Shown: positions 1 through 9,021, numbered from the stretch's first letter. The stretch is 48,263 nucleotides of DNA from an uncultured Rickettsiales bacterium (GCA_964519595.1 CAZFJN010000004.1:8879-57141), one strand, 5' to 3'. The notes: generated by a model from the letters alone, not told the origin. Numbers and translations: made by a program.

Positions 1-188
1 TGATCAGAAGTTAAGGGGATTATCAGATAATCAGATAATCAGATAATCAGATAATCAGATAATCAGATAATCAGATCAGATAATTGATGACTAGAAAATT
101 AGATGATCTGGTCATCTGATTACGGATAATCTGATTATCCTCTTAACTTCTGATTATCTGATCATCCTCTTAACTTCTGATAATCCTC
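1..188. repeat. composite foldback repeat downstream of queD (inverted arms plus an 8-bp STR array)
   Basis: Left arm atcagaagttaaggggattatcag (3-26) pairs with ctgattatcctcttaacttctgat (131-154) at 22 of 24 positions. The right-arm core atcctcttaa occurs three times (137, 164, 183). Inner hairpin agatga-tctgg-tcatct (101-117). The window edge truncates the left side. Confidence 0.7.
24..84. repeat. tandem repeat, 8-bp unit cagataat, about 7.5 copies
   Basis: Read directly: six perfect consecutive copies at 24-71, then cagat and one more copy. Confidence 0.9.
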
Positions 189-641
189 TTAATCAGCATA
201 GCAAATCGCTGCCTTGCAGTTTGGCGTTTCGTAAATTGTAATTCCTATGCAGCTTATGCCGCTTGCTTTGAACAGTTTTGGACATATTTCTGCGAAAATA
301 TATTCCGCCATATTTTCTGCAGTCGGATTAGTTGGCAGATAGAATATTTTTTGTCCTGTATGTGCGGCGATGCTGTCGCCAAGATTTTTATCTTTGCTGA
401 AGAGAATAGTAGTGTGATCCCAGTTGTCGTCTAACCATTTACCAAGTTTTTCCTTGATAATTCCGAAATCTATTATTCTTCCGACTGTATCAAGATTATC
501 TGCTGAAAAAGTCGCTTCCAGAACATAGCGATGACCATGCAGATTTTTGCATTTGCTTTCATGTTCCATCACGCGGTGAGCAGCGTCAAATTCAAGGCGG
601 CGTGTGCAGCTTATTGTAGTTTTTTTATTTATTTTTTCCAT
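189..641 (-). CDS. queD: 6-carboxy-5,6,7,8-tetrahydropterin synthase (6-pyruvoyl-tetrahydropterin synthase family)
   Basis: 150-aa ORF with the family motifs LEFDAAHR and CKNLHGHRY (Cys/His metal and catalytic residues). Size is typical for QueD. Confidence 0.88.
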   Translation of the reverse strand: MEKINKKTTISCTRRLEFDAAHRVMEHESKCKNLHGHRYVLEATFSADNLDTVGRIIDFGIIKEKLGKWLDDNWDHTTILFSKDKNLGDSIAAHTGQKIFYLPTNPTAENMAEYIFAEICPKLFKASGISCIGITIYETPNCKAAICYAD

Positions 642-662
642 TATTGACCTTCTTGGTAATTA

Positions 663-1223
663 TTATTCAGCAGGACATGCTGCCGGACGTGGTGATTGCG
701 GTGAGAGTTTTCTTTTTTCCGCACATTCTATATCGCAGGCGGTGGCTCTTGCCGCTGAGACGCTTGAATATTGAGCGCCGTGGCGGGCAAAGGCGCATTC
801 TGATGAGCGCAACAGAAATGCCTGCTGGCGTCTTTTTTCGCGTTTTGCTTCTTCGGCGGCCATTTTTGCGGATAATTCCGTTTCCGATTTTGCAGCAGGA
901 GCAGGCGCAGCGGCGGCGGCGGCCGGAGGAGAACCTGGTCCGCCGGCTGGTTTTCCATCTGGAACTGACCAACCTTTTTCCGACATACATTCACTAAACA
1001 GCGCAATCATTTTAGCCGTGCGTCCTTTATCATCAGAGCTGGTTGCAGTTTCTGTTTCAAAGCGCAACTGTGAATAGCTACGGCAGAAATCACGAGCGTC
1101 TGTATATTCATCCTGAATGGCAGTTTGTTCAGTGCAGAAAAACCAGCAGCGTATGTTGTAAGCTGACAATAATTGCATTGACAGAATTAGGAAGGATATT
1201 CGAAAAATTAATCTAATATTCAT
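663..1223 (-). CDS. hypothetical secreted protein with Cys-containing halves joined by an Ala/Pro-rich linker
   Basis: 186-aa ORF with a hydrophobic N-terminal signal-like segment (FRISFLILSMQLLSA) and a GGPGSPPAAAAAAPAPAA linker. No family recognised. Three overlapping alternate-frame ORFs look like artefacts of the GC-rich linker. Confidence 0.5.
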   Translation of the reverse strand: MNIRLIFRISFLILSMQLLSAYNIRCWFFCTEQTAIQDEYTDARDFCRSYSQLRFETETATSSDDKGRTAKMIALFSECMSEKGWSVPDGKPAGGPGSPPAAAAAAPAPAAKSETELSAKMAAEEAKREKRRQQAFLLRSSECAFARHGAQYSSVSAARATACDIECAEKRKLSPQSPRPAACPAE

Positions 1224-1310
1224 AAATTTTATGTAAAATACTAGGAATTCTGCGTTTCTTTATTTTATCTTAATTCGTAAAGATATTAAAGGATATTTAT
1301 TAAATGATTC

Positions 1311-1476
1311 TTAGAGCCTGTGACGATTTATCTTTTGAGGGTATTTTTGAGGGATTTTGGTGATGTTTTAGGAGAAAAACGCAGTTCGTAGTGGTGCTAC
1401 GGACAAGTTTTTCTCCGACAAACAGCAGCAAAATAACCAAAAAGACACCAAAATGATAATTCGTCACAGGCTCTTA
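1311..1476. mobile_element. MITE-like long palindromic element A (~165 bp), non-coding
   Basis: Terminal inverted repeats agagcctgtgacga (1313-1326) and tcgtcacaggctct (1461-1474). The interior is also a foldback (ttttggtgatgtttt / aaaagacaccaaaa; ggagaaaaac / gtttttctcc; centre gtag-tggtg-ctac). Confidence 0.6.
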
Positions 1477-1763
1477 TATAGCTGCTTTATAACTGTTCCA
1501 ACGGTGGATATTTAAAGTTGATATTTTGCTGCTTATTTAATGTATTGATTATTTGTAAAAATTTTAATATCACAACTTGACTATTGAAAATAATATATTA
1601 TATACAACTCCTGATTGTAGGATTTTTTGTTAAGTAAATGACTTATATTTTAGCCTTCAAAACCTTAAATTAAAAATCTTAAAATAAAAACCTTGCATTA
1701 AAAACCTTACACTAAAAATCTCATATAAAAATCTCATAGAGCAAATATAGCACAAGTTTAAAC

Positions 1764-2477
1764 ATGGAACAGCACATTATTCTGGTTACTCCGCAAGCAG
1801 ATTCTATGACTCCGATAGCTGAGGTGATAAAAACCGTCATGCAGCATTCTATAAGTACGGTTTCTCCTTTTCAGGCGGTGGCAGCAGCAGAAGGAAGCGT
1901 TGTTGATCTGGCGATCTTTGATATTCAAACTGGCAAGGAATTATTGCCGCTGGTACGTGATTTTAAGCAGCGTTTTCCGCTTGTGCCGCTAGTTGCGGTT
2001 GTTCCTTACGCTGATGTTGGCATGGTTGAGAAGGTTTTAGAATATGGTGTTGATGATTATATTTCGCAGCCGATAGCGCTGGAAAGGCTGAAAACCACCT
2101 TGCGTAATGCCCTGCGGATGAGAAATATGATGGTCAGGCAGGACGGCGAGAAATCTTCAATGCTGAACTATGTCGGCGCTTCATTGCCGCAGCATGTTAC
2201 GCTGCAGGATCACAGCGGAAATCTGCAATCGCTGAAAGCTATTGAGGATGCTGTAATAGATTATGCTATTCAAACTTGCGATGGTTGTATAACTCAGGCA
2301 GCGCGCTCGCTTGGCATTGGCCGTTCAACCTTGTACAGAAAAATGCAGGAAAAAGTCCGTTCAGGAAAAGTCAGCGAAAATGTGACAAGCAACGGCGTTG
2401 ATCAAACTTCGCGCGAAAACCAGACTACTCTGCCAATTACCGCAGTTTCTTCCGGCGTTGACTCAAAAGTTGAATAA
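1764..2477 (+). CDS. atypical response-regulator-like transcription factor (degenerate receiver domain plus C-terminal Fis-type HTH)
   Basis: Receiver-like N-terminus (DLAIFDIQTG, VDDYISQP) and a Fis-type HTH (ITQAARSLGIGRSTLYRKMQE). The N-terminal acidic pair is absent (ILVTPQAD) and the conserved Lys is Gln (DYISQP). Confidence 0.7.
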   Translation: MEQHIILVTPQADSMTPIAEVIKTVMQHSISTVSPFQAVAAAEGSVVDLAIFDIQTGKELLPLVRDFKQRFPLVPLVAVVPYADVGMVEKVLEYGVDDYISQPIALERLKTTLRNALRMRNMMVRQDGEKSSMLNYVGASLPQHVTLQDHSGNLQSLKAIEDAVIDYAIQTCDGCITQAARSLGIGRSTLYRKMQEKVRSGKVSENVTSNGVDQTSRENQTTLPITAVSSGVDSKVE

Positions 2478-3085
2478 TCAGCATTATCGCAAATAATACG
2501 CAAGCGCGGACGCTCAGGATGCGCGATCAGCTCCAGGCGCTTGGCAACAAGGCTTTCGCCGTCAAATAAGATAAAAATCCCAGGCGGCGAGGGGTGTTTA
2601 CGGTTAGTATCAATAAGCGCGATATCTCCATGGCGCAGAGTCGGATTCATGTGATCGCCGTTGATGGTAAGTAAGCGTAAATCAAGAGCATTAGCTTCAA
2701 TGTTGTTTTTAAGCCAGTTTTTGTGAAAATGACAACTTTCCTGCGCGTTATCATGAGAAATCAGGCTTTTGCGCTCAACGCTTAGGCGCTTTATCGCGAC
2801 ATAATCCTGCAGCTGTTGCGGCAGAGAAAATTGATAACCTTCTGCCGGATGATCGCTGACTCCGGCAAGATAGGTAAGGCTTACGCCAAGCGATTCAGCA
2901 ACTCGCGCTAATTTGACAGAGGAAGGATTAGTCGATTTTCCGCTTATCACATCATACAGAAAAGAGGTTTTTACATCAGAGCGACGCGCTAATTCAACGG
3001 AAGAAAGGCCGCGCTTCTGCATTTCCATTCGCAAGCGCTGGCCAATATTTTTGTGATTATCGTTAATAGGACGTTCAGTTTGCAT
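2402..3085 (-). CDS. XRE-family HTH / peptidase S24 (LexA/CI-like) repressor with the catalytic Ser replaced by His
   Basis: N-terminal XRE HTH (GQRLRMEMQKRGLSSVELARRSDV) and a C-terminal S24 fold. It has GDHMNPT where LexA/CI have G-x-S-M. The Lys motif is retained (VAKRL). Confidence 0.8.
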   Translation of the reverse strand: MQTERPINDNHKNIGQRLRMEMQKRGLSSVELARRSDVKTSFLYDVISGKSTNPSSVKLARVAESLGVSLTYLAGVSDHPAEGYQFSLPQQLQDYVAIKRLSVERKSLISHDNAQESCHFHKNWLKNNIEANALDLRLLTINGDHMNPTLRHGDIALIDTNRKHPSPPGIFILFDGESLVAKRLELIAHPERPRLRIICDNADYSTFESTPEETAVIGRVVWFSREV

Positions 3086-3118
3086 TCTGTAAGATTATTA
3101 TATTTCCAAGCATAAGTC

Positions 3119-3244
3119 AAAAAACATAATCAAAAACATAATCGAAACATAATCAAACAAAAACATAATCAACAGAAAAACAGCCAGACAATTTAAAAAA
3201 CGCAATCATACAATAAATTTATCACAAATCAATTTATCACAAAT
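3119..3244. repeat. intergenic STRs (aacataatc units x4, then the 15-bp unit aatttatcacaaat[ct] x2)
   Basis: Read directly in the divergent region between the XRE-S24 gene and chpT. Confidence 0.8.
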
Positions 3245-3430
3245 TAGCTTCATTTACCAAATATTAGTCTTTCTAAGACAATAGTGAGAGGAATGATTTA
3301 TTCAAAAATATAGAATAGAAAATATAGAACAGTAATAAGCACAAATATAAAGCACTAATACGAGGCAGTAATATAAGGCAGTAAGAATAATTGAAATCAG
3401 TAAAAAAAGGCGCTGTGAGCGAAAATTTGT

Positions 3431-4087
3431 ATGGAAAATGAACTAAGAATGGCTGAATTGCTTTGCACAAGATTGTGCCATGATTTAACTGGACCAATTG
3501 GCGCGGTTAATAATGGCGCGGAATTTTTGAGCGAAGAAGGTTCCAATATGCAAGGTCAGGCGATGGAACTTATTGTCAGCAGCGCATTTTCAGCAGTATC
3601 GCGGTTGCAGTTTTATCGTTTCGCTTACGGAAATGTCAAGGAAAGCGGTGAGGCAAGTCTTGCTGATAAAAGAAAAATGGCGGTTGATTTTTTCTCCGCC
3701 AGCAAAATCACTCTCGACTGGCCGGATACTGATACTGATGCTTCCGGAGTTTCAATAAGCCTTAAAATGGTCAGGCTGATTTTTAATTTGCTGATAATGT
3801 CTTCTTCAGCTTTGATTCGCGGCGGAACTATTTCAGTGCGTATTCGCTCGGAAGGAAGTGCGAATAAAAAAATCACTGTTTCAGCGCAAGGCGCGCAAGT
3901 GAAGTGGGACAATGAAATAACTCAGGCTTTGGAAGGGCATTTGGAAATCAGCAAGCTGACGCCTAAAAATGTGCAAGCGCAGATGACTTATCATCTGGTT
4001 TGCGATCTTCACGCTAAGCTTGGTATTTCCACTGCTGAGCAATCGCTGATTTTTGAAGTTGAGCAGCCTTCGCAAATAGTGAACTAG
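3431..4087 (+). CDS. chpT: histidine phosphotransferase ChpT (CtrA phosphorelay)
   Basis: 218 aa. LCTRLCHDLTGPIGAVNNGAEFL, SSAFSAVSRLQFYRFAYG and TLDWPD match the conserved ChpT blocks I recall from Caulobacter ChpT (LAARLCHDFISP..., LQFTRVAFG, TLDW). Confidence 0.85.
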   Translation: MENELRMAELLCTRLCHDLTGPIGAVNNGAEFLSEEGSNMQGQAMELIVSSAFSAVSRLQFYRFAYGNVKESGEASLADKRKMAVDFFSASKITLDWPDTDTDASGVSISLKMVRLIFNLLIMSSSALIRGGTISVRIRSEGSANKKITVSAQGAQVKWDNEITQALEGHLEISKLTPKNVQAQMTYHLVCDLHAKLGISTAEQSLIFEVEQPSQIVN

Positions 4088-4134
4088 GAGATAATTCAAG
4101 AGAGATAATTAGAGATAATTCAAGAGAGATGATT
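4088..4134. repeat. intergenic STR (gagataatt units x4) filling the chpT-cheA gap
   Basis: gagataatt at 4088, 4102 and 4112, and gagatgatt at 4126. Confidence 0.85.
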
Positions 4135-4162
4135 TTTTTTAAAGTTCTAAGGTTGAAGATTT

Positions 4163-6982
4163 ATGGATGATTTAATCAGCGAGTTTATCACGGAAACAAC
4201 GGAAAGTATTGCGCTGCTTGATTCAGAGATGGTTAAGCTTGAGCAGAATCCGGAAGATGCGGCGATACTTGGCAATATATTCCGCATAATGCACACAATT
4301 AAAGGAACTTGTGGTTTTCTTGGCCTGCCGCGCCTTGAATCAGTTGCACATGCTTCTGAGAATGTGCTTGGCAAAATACGCGATAAACAGTTGCAGGCTT
4401 CAGCGGAAGCGGTGACTTTAGTTCTTGAATCTCTCGATAATATTAAAGAGCTGATTGATCATTTAAGTGGCAATGGCAGCGAGCCGGAAGGAGATGACAG
4501 TGATTTAATAGCGCGGCTTAATCATTTTGCGGAAACTGGCGTTGTTCTTGGCGAAGTGTCAGCGCAGAATCTTTCCGAAGCTACTTCTGAGGTTTTAAGC
4601 GCTGTTCCTGGTGATGATCCTTTTCCGCATTTCCGCGGCGAGGATGATCCGGTAATTGCTGCGGCTATAGCTAAAATGGAAGCTGATGAGGCGGCTAAAA
4701 AAATATCTCCGGTTCTGGTTAAGCCGGAAGTTAAATCCGCAGTAAAATCAGATAATAAATCAGATAATAAAGCAGACAGCAAAGCAGAGAATAAAGCAGA
4801 GGTGACAAAAACTTCTCCTGCGACAAAATCGGCAAAATCCGATAAGGCGGAAAAGGCTGATAAAACAGAAAAATCAGAAGCAGAAGCCAGCGCTTCCGGC
4901 GGACAAAGCATTCGCGTCAGCATAGATGTTCTGGAAAATCTGATGCAAATGGTAAGTGAGCTGGTTCTTACGCGCAATCAATTGCTGCAAATTGCGCGCA
5001 CTAAGGATGATAAAGAGTTTATGACGCCTTTGCAGCAGCTAAGTCACATTACTTCCGAGCTGCAGGAAGGAGTTATGAAAACCAGAATGCAGCCAATAGG
5101 AAACGCCTGGTCTAAATTCCCAAGGCTGATACGTGATTTATCGCACGAATTAGGCAAGAAAATTGATCTTAAAATGCTTGGCGCGGAAACCGAGCTTGAT
5201 CGGCAGTTGCTGGAAGTAATAAAAGATCCGCTTACGCACATGGTTCGCAATAGCTGCGATCATGGTCTTGAAACTCCTGCTGAGCGAATCGCCGCCGGAA
5301 AGAGTGAAACTGGAACAGTTACGCTTTCTGCATATCACGAAGGCGGACATATAATAATAGAAATCATCGACGATGGTCGCGGCATTAATATAGAGCGCGT
5401 CAAGCAAAAAGCCGTCAGCAGTGGCTTGGCAACAGAAGCGCAGCTTGAGACGATGAGCGAAAAACAAATCGCGCAGTTTATTTTCGCGGCGGGTTTTTCG
5501 ACAGCGGAAAAAGTAACTGCCGTTTCCGGACGCGGCGTTGGAATGGACGTTGTAAAAACAAATATTCAACGAATCGGCGGTGCGCTTGACCTTGATTCAA
5601 GCTTTGGCAAAGGCTCAAAAGTAAGCATCAAAATACCACTTACTCTGGCTATTGTCTCCGTTCTGATTGTCGAAGTTGCCGGACAGAAATTTGCCTTGCC
5701 GCAAATAAATGTCAGCGAGCTGGTTCGTGTTGCGCCGAATGCTGCTTTGTCTATTGAACTTATAAACAGCGCCTTAGTGTTGCGCCTGCGTGGTAAATTA
5801 TTGCCGCTGGCGGTGCTTTCCGAAATATTCGGCATGAATACTGACCACAAAACTCTCATGAACAAGGAAATGTATATCGCCGTTTGCCGCGTTGGAAGCT
5901 ACGATTTCGGCGTTCTTGTTGATCGTGTTTATGATACTGAGGAAATCGTGGTAAAGCCTGTTTCAGAAATTTTAAAAAGCATCAGCGTTTATTCCGGCAA
6001 CACAATTTTAGGCGATGGCAGCGTGATCATGATTATAGATCCTAATGGCATTGCCAAATCTCTTGGTAATATTGATACTGTGCGCCGCGAAAATGTTGAT
6101 TCACAGCCGGCTTTGTCAGGAATCAAAGACGGCGAAATAGGATTTTTATCATTCATCGTCGGCAATGGCGCGCCAAAAGCAGTGCCTCTGGAGCTGGTTT
6201 CGCGCCTTGAAGAAATAGATGTAAGATCAATTGAAGTGGCGGATGCACAGCCTGTTGTGCAATATCGCGGTGAATTAATGCGGCTGGTAACTATTGATAA
6301 AAACCAGCGCCTTCCTGATCAGGGCATGGTTGATGTGGTGGTATTCAGCTATGACCGCAAGGTTGTAGGGCTTATAGTTGACGAAATAATCGACATAGTT
6401 CATGCGCCTTTTGACATAAAACTAACCAGCAAAGAGGCGAAAAATCATGGCTATATAGGCAGTATGATTATTTCCGGTAAAACTACTGATGTCGTTGATG
6501 TCGGAATGATTCTTGGCGAAATAGCCGGCGAAGCTTCAGACGCCGGACGTGCTGAACATAAAGAAATTCTTGAGCATGGTAATGATGTTCTGCTGGTTGA
6601 AGATAGTCCTTTTTTCCGTAATCTTACTGTGCCGTTTCTGGCCTCAGCCGGATATCATGTTACTTCCGCGGAAAATGGCGAGCAGGCGCTTTCTATCCTT
6701 TTAGATCAAGGCAAACATTTTGACTTAATAGTGACTGATATTGAAATGCCAGGAATGAGTGGTTTTGATTTTGCAACAGCCTGCCGCAATGCCAAGCAGG
6801 TAAATGATATTCCGATAGTTGCTTATACTGCTTCAATGAGTGATGACGTGGTAAAGCGCAGTGTCAGCGTTGGAATGAATGATTGCATCGTAAAAACTGA
6901 TCGTCCTGGTTTGTTGCAATCGCTGGCAAAACATTTAAGCAGCTATAAAAGCAGCGATAAACGCAAGGAGGCTGCGGCATGA
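4163..6982 (+). CDS. cheA: hybrid chemotaxis histidine kinase CheA (HPt, dimerisation, HATPase, two CheW-like domains, C-terminal receiver)
   Basis: HPt motif FRIMHTIKGTCGFLG; HATPase blocks (DPLTHMVRNSCDHG, DDGRGI, GRGVGMDVV); two CheW-like segments; a C-terminal REC with an intact Asp and Lys (VTDIEMPGMSG, CIVKT). Its stop overlaps the cheW start (ATGA). Confidence 0.95.
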   Translation: MDDLISEFITETTESIALLDSEMVKLEQNPEDAAILGNIFRIMHTIKGTCGFLGLPRLESVAHASENVLGKIRDKQLQASAEAVTLVLESLDNIKELIDHLSGNGSEPEGDDSDLIARLNHFAETGVVLGEVSAQNLSEATSEVLSAVPGDDPFPHFRGEDDPVIAAAIAKMEADEAAKKISPVLVKPEVKSAVKSDNKSDNKADSKAENKAEVTKTSPATKSAKSDKAEKADKTEKSEAEASASGGQSIRVSIDVLENLMQMVSELVLTRNQLLQIARTKDDKEFMTPLQQLSHITSELQEGVMKTRMQPIGNAWSKFPRLIRDLSHELGKKIDLKMLGAETELDRQLLEVIKDPLTHMVRNSCDHGLETPAERIAAGKSETGTVTLSAYHEGGHIIIEIIDDGRGINIERVKQKAVSSGLATEAQLETMSEKQIAQFIFAAGFSTAEKVTAVSGRGVGMDVVKTNIQRIGGALDLDSSFGKGSKVSIKIPLTLAIVSVLIVEVAGQKFALPQINVSELVRVAPNAALSIELINSALVLRLRGKLLPLAVLSEIFGMNTDHKTLMNKEMYIAVCRVGSYDFGVLVDRVYDTEEIVVKPVSEILKSISVYSGNTILGDGSVIMIIDPNGIAKSLGNIDTVRRENVDSQPALSGIKDGEIGFLSFIVGNGAPKAVPLELVSRLEEIDVRSIEVADAQPVVQYRGELMRLVTIDKNQRLPDQGMVDVVVFSYDRKVVGLIVDEIIDIVHAPFDIKLTSKEAKNHGYIGSMIISGKTTDVVDVGMILGEIAGEASDAGRAEHKEILEHGNDVLLVEDSPFFRNLTVPFLASAGYHVTSAENGEQALSILLDQGKHFDLIVTDIEMPGMSGFDFATACRNAKQVNDIPIVAYTASMSDDVVKRSVSVGMNDCIVKTDRPGLLQSLAKHLSSYKSSDKRKEAAA
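4745..4804 (+). repeat. in-frame 12-bp tandem repeat in the cheA P1-P3 linker (KSDN KSDN KADS KAEN KAEV)
   Basis: aaatcagataat x2, followed by aaagcagacagc, aaagcagagaat and aaagcagaggtg. Confidence 0.9.
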
Positions 6983-7467
6983 GTAGTCCGGCAAGAGCAG
7001 CTAATTCGGCTTATGACAGCAATTTCGCGTCGGCCGCTGATATGCACATGTTTGTTACCATGCGCGTGAATAAACAGCTTTTCGGCGTTCCAGTTCGTTA
7101 TGTTCGTGATGTGCTGCGCCGTCAACGCATAACGCCTATTCCGCTTGCTCCTGGCGAGGTTGCCGGCTCGCTGAATCTGCGTGGCCGTATTGTGACGGTT
7201 CTTGATTTGCATAAACGTTTGCGCCTGCCGCTGGATAAGATGATTGCTGCCGCAGATAGCGGAATGTTTGTGGTGGTAGAACATCGCGGCGAATTATACA
7301 GCCTGATGGTTGACAGTGTTGGCGAGGTTCTTAATATTTCTGCTGCAGATATTGAGAAAACTCCGGCAAATCTTGATGGTGCGTGGAAAGAAGTTTCATC
7401 AGGAATTTATAAGCTCGATGGAGAATTGCTGGTGATTATGCAAGTTGATTCGCTGCTCAAAATATAA
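6979..7467 (+). CDS. cheW: chemotaxis coupling protein CheW
   Basis: 162 aa with CheW-like sequence (FVTMRVNKQLFGVPVRYVRDVL ... GRIVTVLDL). Translationally coupled to cheA. Confidence 0.92.
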   Translation: MSSPARAANSAYDSNFASAADMHMFVTMRVNKQLFGVPVRYVRDVLRRQRITPIPLAPGEVAGSLNLRGRIVTVLDLHKRLRLPLDKMIAAADSGMFVVVEHRGELYSLMVDSVGEVLNISAADIEKTPANLDGAWKEVSSGIYKLDGELLVIMQVDSLLKI

Positions 7468-7531
7468 TTACAATAATATAATTTAAATAAAAAATAATTC
7501 TGCAATGTTATAATAATTAGCGAGAAACAAT

Positions 7532-7897
7532 ATGCCTTCATGTTTAATTGTTGATGATTCAAAAGTGGTAAGAACTCTGGAGCGCAGAATAATGGCTGAT
7601 TTAGGCTACAGCACTGCTGAAGCCGAGGATGGTCAGCAGGCTTTTGATTATTGCAAGACGCAGATGCCTGATCTGGTTCTGCTCGACTGGCATATGCCGG
7701 TTATGAATGGTTTGGAATTTCTCAAACAATTGCGCGCTATGCCAAATGGCACATCTCCTAAGGTTATTTTCTGCACTACAGAAAGCGAATTAAGCAACAT
7801 AATGCAGGCACTTTCAATTGGCGCAGATGAATATGTCATGAAGCCTTTTGATGCGGAAATTATAAAAGGAAAACTTGAACAAGTTGGCCTTATTTAA
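7532..7897 (+). CDS. cheY: chemotaxis response regulator CheY
   Basis: 121-aa single-domain receiver with all conserved residues (IVDDS, LLDWHMP, FCTTE, YVMKPF). Confidence 0.93.
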   Translation: MPSCLIVDDSKVVRTLERRIMADLGYSTAEAEDGQQAFDYCKTQMPDLVLLDWHMPVMNGLEFLKQLRAMPNGTSPKVIFCTTESELSNIMQALSIGADEYVMKPFDAEIIKGKLEQVGLI

Positions 7898-7908
7898 AAT
7901 ATATTCAT

Positions 7909-9021
7909 ATGCCTATTCGTGTTTTATTAGTTGATGATTCGGCAGTTATTCGTGGTCTGATGAATAAGGCTTTGTCTCAGGATAGTTGTGTGGAAGTTGT
8001 GGCAACAGCTTCCAACGGCTCTATGGCTATTGCTGTTGCAGAAAAGGAAAAGCCGGATATCATAGTTCTTGATATTGAGATGCCGATAATGGACGGCATA
8101 ACGGCCTTGCCGTTGCTGCTTAAAGCAAGTCCTTCAACCAAGATCATAATGGCTTCAACTCTAACGCAGCGCAATGCGGAAATAAGCCTCAATGCGCTGG
8201 CAATTGGCGCTTCTGATTATCTGGCTAAACCTTCAGCGAAATTCGGCAAGGATGTTGATGAATTTTATCGCGAGCTGATCGGAAAAATACGCGCTATCGG
8301 CGGCGATAAAGCCTTTACTCCTTCTGTGTCTAAATTTTCTTCGCCTTCTTCAGCAACAGCGGCGGCTTCAACTGCTGCTCTTTCCAAATCATCACCTTCA
8401 GAAATTATTCTTCGTCCTGGCGCTGAGCAGTTAAAATCAGCGCATTTCCGGGCGCTGGCGATTGCTTCATCAACCGGCGGACCACAGGCTTTAATGAATG
8501 TCTTTGGACAAATATCCGGACGAATATCGTCAGTTCCGATTTTTATAACTCAGCATATGCCGCCGACTTTTACGGCAATTCTGGCAGAACATTTAAGCAA
8601 AGCCGGCAAGCGCAATGTTGCTGAGGCAAAAAATGGCATGGTTGTAAACCCTGGTCAGGCTTATGTAGCGCCTGGTGATTATCATATGCTGGCGGAAGCG
8701 CAAGGCACAAATATCAGCCTGCGGATAACTCAGGATCCGCCGGAAAATTTCTGTCGTCCGGCTGCTGATCCAATGCTGCGTAGCTTAAGCGCTATTTATG
8801 GAAAAAATTTATTACTTCTGGTATTAACCGGAATGGGACAAGACGGAATGGAAGGCGCTAAGATTGTTGTTCAACAAGGCGGTCATGTAATCGCGCAGGA
8901 CGAAGCAAGCTGCGTTGTTTATGGTATGCCAAAAGCAGTAGTGGAGAATAAATTATGCAGCGCAGTGTTGCCAGTGTCGGAGATTGGACAGCTTCTGATA
9001 CAATGCATCGAGGGAAGGTGA
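7909..9021 (+). CDS. cheB: protein-glutamate methylesterase/glutaminase CheB
   Basis: N-terminal REC (LLVDDSAVIRG, VLDIEMPIMDG) plus a C-terminal methylesterase domain (IASSTGGPQAL, GMGQDG). Confidence 0.95.
   Translation: MPIRVLLVDDSAVIRGLMNKALSQDSCVEVVATASNGSMAIAVAEKEKPDIIVLDIEMPIMDGITALPLLLKASPSTKIIMASTLTQRNAEISLNALAIGASDYLAKPSAKFGKDVDEFYRELIGKIRAIGGDKAFTPSVSKFSSPSSATAAASTAALSKSSPSEIILRPGAEQLKSAHFRALAIASSTGGPQALMNVFGQISGRISSVPIFITQHMPPTFTAILAEHLSKAGKRNVAEAKNGMVVNPGQAYVAPGDYHMLAEAQGTNISLRITQDPPENFCRPAADPMLRSLSAIYGKNLLLLVLTGMGQDGMEGAKIVVQQGGHVIAQDEASCVVYGMPKAVVENKLCSAVLPVSEIGQLLIQCIEGR

Noticed and set aside
644-1006. Three additional ORFs (644-997 +, 667-990 -, 728-1006 -) overlapping the 663-1223 gene
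   Set aside because: They are Arg/Pro/Leu-rich translations of the GC-rich Ala/Pro linker in wrong frames. They have no motifs. The frame with the signal peptide and a sensible composition is preferred.
2402-3085. Prophage or integrative element inferred from the CI-like repressor (and, separately, from the RepA-like ATPase at 21181-22803)
   Set aside because: There is no integrase, excisionase, capsid, tail or terminase gene, no primase, and no flanking tRNA or att-like direct repeats around either gene. Both are flanked by core genes.
4522-5865. Minus-strand ORFs inside cheA (4522-4977, 5044-5250, 5150-5569, 5566-5865)
   Set aside because: They are antisense to a CheA with full motif support. 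No independent evidence supports them.
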